The translations under genes were made by a program, and so were the position numbers. Source: Geopsychrobacteraceae bacterium (lineage in GTDB: Bacteria > Desulfobacterota > Desulfuromonadia > Desulfuromonadales > Geopsychrobacteraceae). From it: a stretch of DNA of 64,000 nt. The stretch is from NCBI GenBank assembly GCA_963676795.2, contig CAXXTB010000002.1, forward strand, positions 1 to 64,000, read 5' to 3'. The notes under the pieces were generated by a model. The model was not told the origin of the DNA. It worked only from the letters and a program-made list of their open reading frames with translations, and made no database searches. The stretch's first letter is position 1, and each line of letters begins with the position of its first letter. Positions 58,791 through 64,000 of this stretch are shown here, in pieces.

Positions 58791-59585
58791 TTGGAATTGG
58801 TTTCTAATGATATAGATATTAAAATTGTATGTGACATTGCTCGCCAGGCTGGTGACGCAATCATGGAAATTTACGCCGGTGACCACGTCGTTGAATACAA
58901 AGACGACAAATCCCCCTTAACCGCTGCCGACAAGGCTTCACATGAAGTGATTGTTGCCGGACTGCAAAAGCACTTTCCAAACATCCCGATTCTCTCTGAA
59001 GAAGGAAAAGATATCTCTTACGAAGAGCGCAAAAACTGGAAGCGCTTCTGGCTGGTTGATCCTCTTGACGGCACAAAGGAATTTATCAAGCGCAATGGTG
59101 AATTTACCGTCAATATCGCTTTGATTGATGAGCAGAAGCCGGTCATTGGCGTCGTCTATGTCCCGGCTCGGGATAGGCTTTATTGCGGTGTGGTTGGAGA
59201 TGGCGCATGGCTTTGGGAAAACGCCAGCTTGTCCGGTGCTGGTGCCGACAGCGCCAGAGACATAAGCGTTCGTGATGCAGATCCGGAACGTGCCCGGGTC
59301 GTCGTCATGAGCCGTTCCCACCCCTCCCCAGAGTTGGAAGCCTTTCTCAAGGACATCGTGGTTGCCGAGGCCTTGCCGGTCGGCAGCTCACTTAAGTTCT
59401 GTGTTGTCGCCGAAGGGCAGGCCGACCTCTACCCCCGCCTTGGCCCGACCATGGAATGGGATACTGCCGCGGGACACGCCATTGTCCTTGCTGCCGGCGG
59501 GCGAGTTGAGACTCTGAAAAAAAACGCCCTGAAATACAACAAGGAAGAATTGCTGAATCCGTATTTTGTGGTCAGTAACAGCTGA
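58791..59585 (+). CDS. cysQ: 3'(2'),5'-bisphosphate nucleotidase
   Basis: KDDKSPLTAAD, LSEE, WLVDPLDGTKEF, GSSLK and EWDTAAG motifs. Confidence 0.95.
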   Translation: MELVSNDIDIKIVCDIARQAGDAIMEIYAGDHVVEYKDDKSPLTAADKASHEVIVAGLQKHFPNIPILSEEGKDISYEERKNWKRFWLVDPLDGTKEFIKRNGEFTVNIALIDEQKPVIGVVYVPARDRLYCGVVGDGAWLWENASLSGAGADSARDISVRDADPERARVVVMSRSHPSPELEAFLKDIVVAEALPVGSSLKFCVVAEGQADLYPRLGPTMEWDTAAGHAIVLAAGGRVETLKKNALKYNKEELLNPYFVVSNS

Positions 59586-59644
59586 ACAGAGTTCTGTTTT
59601 TCCTTCGAGGAAGACGTAGCTCTTTTTTAAGTGTGGAGTGAAGA

Positions 59645-60658
59645 ATGTCGATTCTGGTGACTGGTGGGGCTGGCTATATCGGTAGCCATACGGTTGTCGA
59701 ACTCTTACAGGCAGGGCAGGACGTTGTCATCGTCGATAACCTGGCTAATTCCAGCGAGTGTGCTCTCGAGCGGGTGCGTTCGATCAGTGGAAAAGATATT
59801 CCTTTCTATCGGGTCGATATCCGTGATGGGCAGGGCTTGAGAGACGTCTTCGCTCGGCACGAGATCGATTCCGTTGTTCATTTCGCCGGCTTGAAGGCTG
59901 TCGGGGAATCGACCCAGATTCCTCTTGCCTACTACGACAACAATATCGGCGGAACTCTTGTCCTGCTGGATGAGATGCGCCGGGCCGGGGTGTTCAGGCT
60001 GGTTTTCAGTTCTTCAGCGACGGTCTACGGGGATCCGGCCAGTGTGCCGATCCGTGAGGACTTCCCGACTTCGGCGACCAATCCCTATGGGCGAACCAAG
60101 TTGATGATCGAGGAGATCCTGCGTGATCTGGCGGTTTCGGATGAGCGCTGGGGGATCGTTCTTTTGCGCTATTTCAACCCGGTCGGAGCGCATAAGTCGG
60201 GTCTGATCGGTGAAGATCCGAAAGGGATCCCGAACAACCTGCTCCCTTACATCAGCCAGGTTGCGGTCGGCCGCCTCAAGGTCCTGTCGGTCTTCGGTGC
60301 TGACTATCCGACCAAAGACGGCACCGGCGTCCGTGACTATATCCATGTTGTTGATCTGGCGCTCGGCCACCTGCGCGCGCTGGAGAGAGTGGCTCAGGAT
60401 CGGGGCGTTTTTACCTACAACCTGGGGACCGGCAACGGTTATTCTGTTCTGGAAATGATCAGGGCCTTTGAACAGGCATCCGGTAAAGATGTGCCATACC
60501 GGATTGCTCCACGCCGCCCCGGTGATATTGCGGAGTGTTTTGCCGATCCTGCCCTGGCTGGGCGGGAGTTGAACTGGAAAGCCGAGCGTGGTCTGGATGA
60601 AATGATGCGTGACAGCTGGAGATGGCAGAGCGGTAATCCGCAGGGGTATGGACCCTGA
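59645..60658 (+). CDS. galE: UDP-glucose 4-epimerase
   Basis: [35 protein letters not shown] and LRYFNP motifs. Confidence 0.97.
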   Translation: MSILVTGGAGYIGSHTVVELLQAGQDVVIVDNLANSSECALERVRSISGKDIPFYRVDIRDGQGLRDVFARHEIDSVVHFAGLKAVGESTQIPLAYYDNNIGGTLVLLDEMRRAGVFRLVFSSSATVYGDPASVPIREDFPTSATNPYGRTKLMIEEILRDLAVSDERWGIVLLRYFNPVGAHKSGLIGEDPKGIPNNLLPYISQVAVGRLKVLSVFGADYPTKDGTGVRDYIHVVDLALGHLRALERVAQDRGVFTYNLGTGNGYSVLEMIRAFEQASGKDVPYRIAPRRPGDIAECFADPALAGRELNWKAERGLDEMMRDSWRWQSGNPQGYGP

Positions 60659-60815
60659 GGAAAGTTGTAAGCTGGAAGTCTTAAGTTTTTTGCCGCGGAT
60701 AAGATCTGATCGAATCTGATGGGAAAGTCTGGATGCCATTGTGACATACTCAGGCGGTGTGCGATTTATCCGATTGATCAGATTTTATCTGCAGCTAAAC
60801 AAGGTGTTTCAGCTG

Positions 60816-60829
60816 TTGATGTAAATCAC
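60816..60829. promoter_or_regulatory. FNR/CRP-family-like box
   Basis: TTGAT-gtaa-ATCAC, one mismatch to TTGAT-N4-ATCAA, upstream of an Fe-S activase gene. Confidence 0.4.
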
Positions 60830-61000
60830 GAATCACCCACTTCCTCTTTACAAAACATGCCCCTCTGGCTTATTAAAGTACAAACGAACTGATGGATGTT
60901 GTGATGTTTTTTGCCGCATGAAAACTCCCACCGTTTTTTCATCTCAATCCATCTGCTAATCCATTTTTATCAATCAATGACGATAGTTCCGGGATAACAC

Positions 61001-64000
61001 ATGTCTGAAATGAATGAAGCCGCAATGCCGAGTAAAAGACTCTATATCGACGCCGGGGTTGAACAGATCCTCTGTTGTTTGATATCCGATCAGCAAGCTG
61101 CGCCTGAAAAAGTCTGGTCGTTCCCGGCCAGCGAGGTTTCCGGCCAGAGTTTTGACGATCTTTCTGTCGATTTATCCGTTTATATGACCGGGAAATTCAG
61201 CAAGATCATCAAGCAGAATCTGGGACGTGGTCAGCTGCTGATGCCTCTGGCGGTGCTCTGGGCAGCTGCTGCGGAGCGGGCCCGGGAAGAGCAGAAATCA
61301 GTGGCTGTCCTCGATCTCTCCGCTTCCGGCTATGCCATTGTCGGTGTCGATTCGCGTGGTGAGCTGATCGATGACCTGCTGAAAACCAATCCGCGTTGTG
61401 GATCCGGTGCCGGTATTAATATCGACCGGGTGCTGCGCAAACTGGCAATTGAGCGTTCGGCTGTCGATGGCGTGCTTGGTCAATTCCTCGGCGAAGCTGG
61501 GACAGCTGCGCGTCAGGATATCCCGGTGCGTGCCGACCGTTGTGGCGTTTTTGCCTCCTCGGCGACGATTTCGGACAAGAACCAGGGGATTCCCCTCGAT
61601 TTCGCCCTGGCGACCACCCTCAAGTCTGAGGTGCTCAAGGCCTGCAAGCATGTCGATAACCCCTTTGATCTGGTTATTCTGACCGGCGGGATCTTCCAGT
61701 GGCAGTTCGCCCGCGATTGTGCCAGTGATTATTTTGCCGAGATCGGCTGTAAAGAGATCATTCATGATCAGCAACGGACCATCAAGTTTCCAGGTTTTGC
61801 CAAGTTGATCAACCAGGCGACGGTCGTTCCGGAAGAGATTGTCGCCCGGGCCATGGCTGCTGAGTCTGAACATACCAAGATCTTTCCGTCGTTTCCAAGT
61901 CTGCGCGATAACCTTGAGGCGGCCCGCCTCTATAAGCGCCAGGACGATGTCGTGCTGCCTGCCGCCGATTCACTGCCGGAACTGTTTGACGGAGGTGTCG
62001 TTGTCGGCATAGATGTCGGTTCGACCATGGCCAAGATCGTCATCGGTTCGGCGACCGGTGAACTGCTCTACCGTGCCAGCTACTCGAACTCCGGTGACAC
62101 AGTCGAGACGATCAAGAAGGTTTTCGAAGATCTTAAAACGCGCGGCATCGAGGACCTCAAGGTCTGCCAGATCGGTATCACCGGTAGCGCCCGTTACCAG
62201 ATTCAGCAGGCTCTGACCGCTACCTATCCGCAACTGGCCGACCGGATTCTGGTTCTGGTCGAGAACTACGCCCATGCGCGCGGTTCGGTCCCCGAAGTCC
62301 GCGCCTATCTGGACGAACTGGCCGGGCAGGGGGTGGAGAACCTCAACCGTGACTTCTGCGTGCTGGTCGATGTCGGTGGCGAGGATACCAAGATTTCGAC
62401 CATCGACCTGAAACAGGGGGATCTCTACGACAACGCGATGAACACCAAGTGTTCAGCGGGAACCGGCAGCCTGCTCGATACGCTGGTCGATCTGTTCCGT
62501 CTCGACGGGGTCGGTGAGGCGGTCAAGTTGGCCATGGAAGCGCCTCAGGCCGAGGCGATCAATGCGACCTGCGCGGTCTTTCTGCTCGAACATGCCCGGC
62601 GCCTGCAGGCCGAAGGGCGCGGTCAGGGCTCGATCATCGCCTCGGCCGTCTGGGCGATCGTCGAGAATATGGCGCGTAGCCTGTGGCCGCAGATCTATCT
62701 GCCATCCAACACGGTTGTTCTGCTCCACGGTCAGACCATGCAGAGCGATCCGATGCCGCTGGCGATCAGCCAGCGCCTGCAGACCTTCCTGGATGAGCCG
62801 GCCTACTGTCTGGTTCCGGCGATCCCGGGCCATCGCGCCTGCCATGGCCTGATCCAGACCTGCATTGACCGGACTGAGATCGAGGGCTCTGTGGCCGTGA
62901 GTCTGTCGCACTTCATCGAGCAGCAATTCACCCGCAAGATCATTCATTGCCGCGGTGCGGTTTGTGGCGATCCGGATGCCCATTGCTTCCGTTCCCGGTT
63001 GTCGGCGGAGGACGCCGACGGCAAGCCGTTCGCCATCAGCCTGGGCGGCTGCTCGGCGGTCAACGAGCTACCGAACGTCGACAAGGAGAAGCGCAAGGCC
63101 ACTGTCGACAGTTGCCGGGCTATCTGGCAGTTTCAGATCGATCAGCTGCCGGTTTCGACAGCGGAAAACCGTCTGGTTATTCCCCGTTCCTTTGCCGTTT
63201 CCGAGTGGGCACGCTTTTTCGCTGCCCTGTTCGAGGACTGCGCTATCCCGGTTCATGTCGACCTGCCAAGCGAAGCTGACGTTCTGCGTGGCCAGCCCTA
63301 CTTCCGTATCGACAGCTGCGCCCCGCACATCGGTGTTGTCGGCCAGATTCTGCGTCTCGCCGAAGCGCCGCACGGCATGATCCTGGCGCCGCAGATCGAG
63401 TACCTGCCGCTGGTCGGCAATTCGCTGGGGCGGACCTGTACGATCAACCAGGGGGGCTTCGCGACGGCTCGGGGGGTTGCACTTTCCGAGTTTCCTGACA
63501 GCCGCTTTCATCTGTTTAACGTCGATCTGAAAAATTATGACGAGAAGTCGCTGGCGCATAAGCTGTACAATCGGCTGTTGCCGGTTTACCGGCATTACGG
63601 GGTCGATATGCCTTTCGAGCGCTTTGCCGATCAGGTTCGTATGGCGCTGGGCAAGCAGCAGGAGTACAAACAGAAGACCGCGGACTTTGCTGCCGGTATT
63701 GCCCGGGAGGCGTTGAATAATGGTCAGCAGATCGCTCTGGTCATGGGGCGCGAGTATGTCCTCAACCCGGGGGTCTATGACAGCCATGTCGGGCGGCTGC
63801 TGCGTGACAAGGGGCTGGTCGGCATCCCCAGCTATGTCCTCAATGCGGCTTACAACCCGGATCTGGCCCACTTCTACTGGCGCAATGCTCACCTGGTCGC
63901 CAGCGTTGCTGAGGCGGTTGCCAAGCGTAAGCTGCATGAGATCATCGGCCATCCCGGACTCAAGGAGATTTTTGCCGAGGTCGAGCAGCAGAAGAACCTG
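61001..64000 (+). CDS. CoA-substrate activase / 2-hydroxyacyl-CoA dehydratase activator-like multidomain protein (3'-truncated)
   Basis: Absent from the ORF track because no stop lies in the window. Manual reading from ATG 61001 gives NPRCGSGAG, RCGVFA, GIDVGSTMAK, DVGGEDTK, NTKCSAGTG and NATCAVF. Confidence 0.85.
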   Translation, partial: MSEMNEAAMPSKRLYIDAGVEQILCCLISDQQAAPEKVWSFPASEVSGQSFDDLSVDLSVYMTGKFSKIIKQNLGRGQLLMPLAVLWAAAAERAREEQKSVAVLDLSASGYAIVGVDSRGELIDDLLKTNPRCGSGAGINIDRVLRKLAIERSAVDGVLGQFLGEAGTAARQDIPVRADRCGVFASSATISDKNQGIPLDFALATTLKSEVLKACKHVDNPFDLVILTGGIFQWQFARDCASDYFAEIGCKEIIHDQQRTIKFPGFAKLINQATVVPEEIVARAMAAESEHTKIFPSFPSLRDNLEAARLYKRQDDVVLPAADSLPELFDGGVVVGIDVGSTMAKIVIGSATGELLYRASYSNSGDTVETIKKVFEDLKTRGIEDLKVCQIGITGSARYQIQQALTATYPQLADRILVLVENYAHARGSVPEVRAYLDELAGQGVENLNRDFCVLVDVGGEDTKISTIDLKQGDLYDNAMNTKCSAGTGSLLDTLVDLFRLDGVGEAVKLAMEAPQAEAINATCAVFLLEHARRLQAEGRGQGSIIASAVWAIVENMARSLWPQIYLPSNTVVLLHGQTMQSDPMPLAISQRLQTFLDEPAYCLVPAIPGHRACHGLIQTCIDRTEIEGSVAVSLSHFIEQQFTRKIIHCRGAVCGDPDAHCFRSRLSAEDADGKPFAISLGGCSAVNELPNVDKEKRKATVDSCRAIWQFQIDQLPVSTAENRLVIPRSFAVSEWARFFAALFEDCAIPVHVDLPSEADVLRGQPYFRIDSCAPHIGVVGQILRLAEAPHGMILAPQIEYLPLVGNSLGRTCTINQGGFATARGVALSEFPDSRFHLFNVDLKNYDEKSLAHKLYNRLLPVYRHYGVDMPFERFADQVRMALGKQQEYKQKTADFAAGIAREALNNGQQIALVMGREYVLNPGVYDSHVGRLLRDKGLVGIPSYVLNAAYNPDLAHFYWRNAHLVASVAEAVAKRKLHEIIGHPGLKEIFAEVEQQKNL

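Noticed and set aside
63068..63952. 294-aa minus-strand ORF and other ORFs at 61298-63380
   Set aside because: Shadows of the plus-strand activase ORF that starts at 61001.

Overview
Mostly GC-rich bacterial chromosome segment. Gene content (futalosine menaquinone genes, CoA-substrate activase) suggests an anaerobic Desulfuromonadales-like organism; this is inference. (1) 1-14.5 kb is housekeeping: MgtC, MFS, UbiA-like prenyltransferase-mqnE-mqnC, hisC, mutY, rnd, fumC, serS, two tRNA-Ser and tRNA-Arg. (2) 14.5-22 kb is an accessory block: PAS-GGDEF, two extradiol dioxygenases, a PabB-PabC fusion and a repeat-bracketed GxxExxY gene, followed by tadA and tRNA-Ser(CGA). (3) A ~7 kb AT-rich integrative element sits in tRNA-Ser(CGA) and carries an integrase, an IS3, a truncated Rep and an intact TIR-STAND-TPR (NLR-like) candidate defence gene. 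(4) 30-60.7 kb is a surface-polysaccharide locus: Wzi, SLBB exporter, Wzz, WbpBDE, Wzx/Wzy, glycosyltransferases, amidotransferase, AKR plus E1alpha/beta, PglF-like dehydratase, sulfate-activation genes and galE. (5) A large activase ORF, absent from the ORF track, runs off the right end. The most unusual signal is a set of small accessory genes (two GxxExxY nuclease-fold genes, a four-helix-bundle gene, an MNT-HEPN pair), each bracketed by palindromic repeats in a cassette-like way. There are also tRNA-linked repeats whose ends match their own upstream tRNA.
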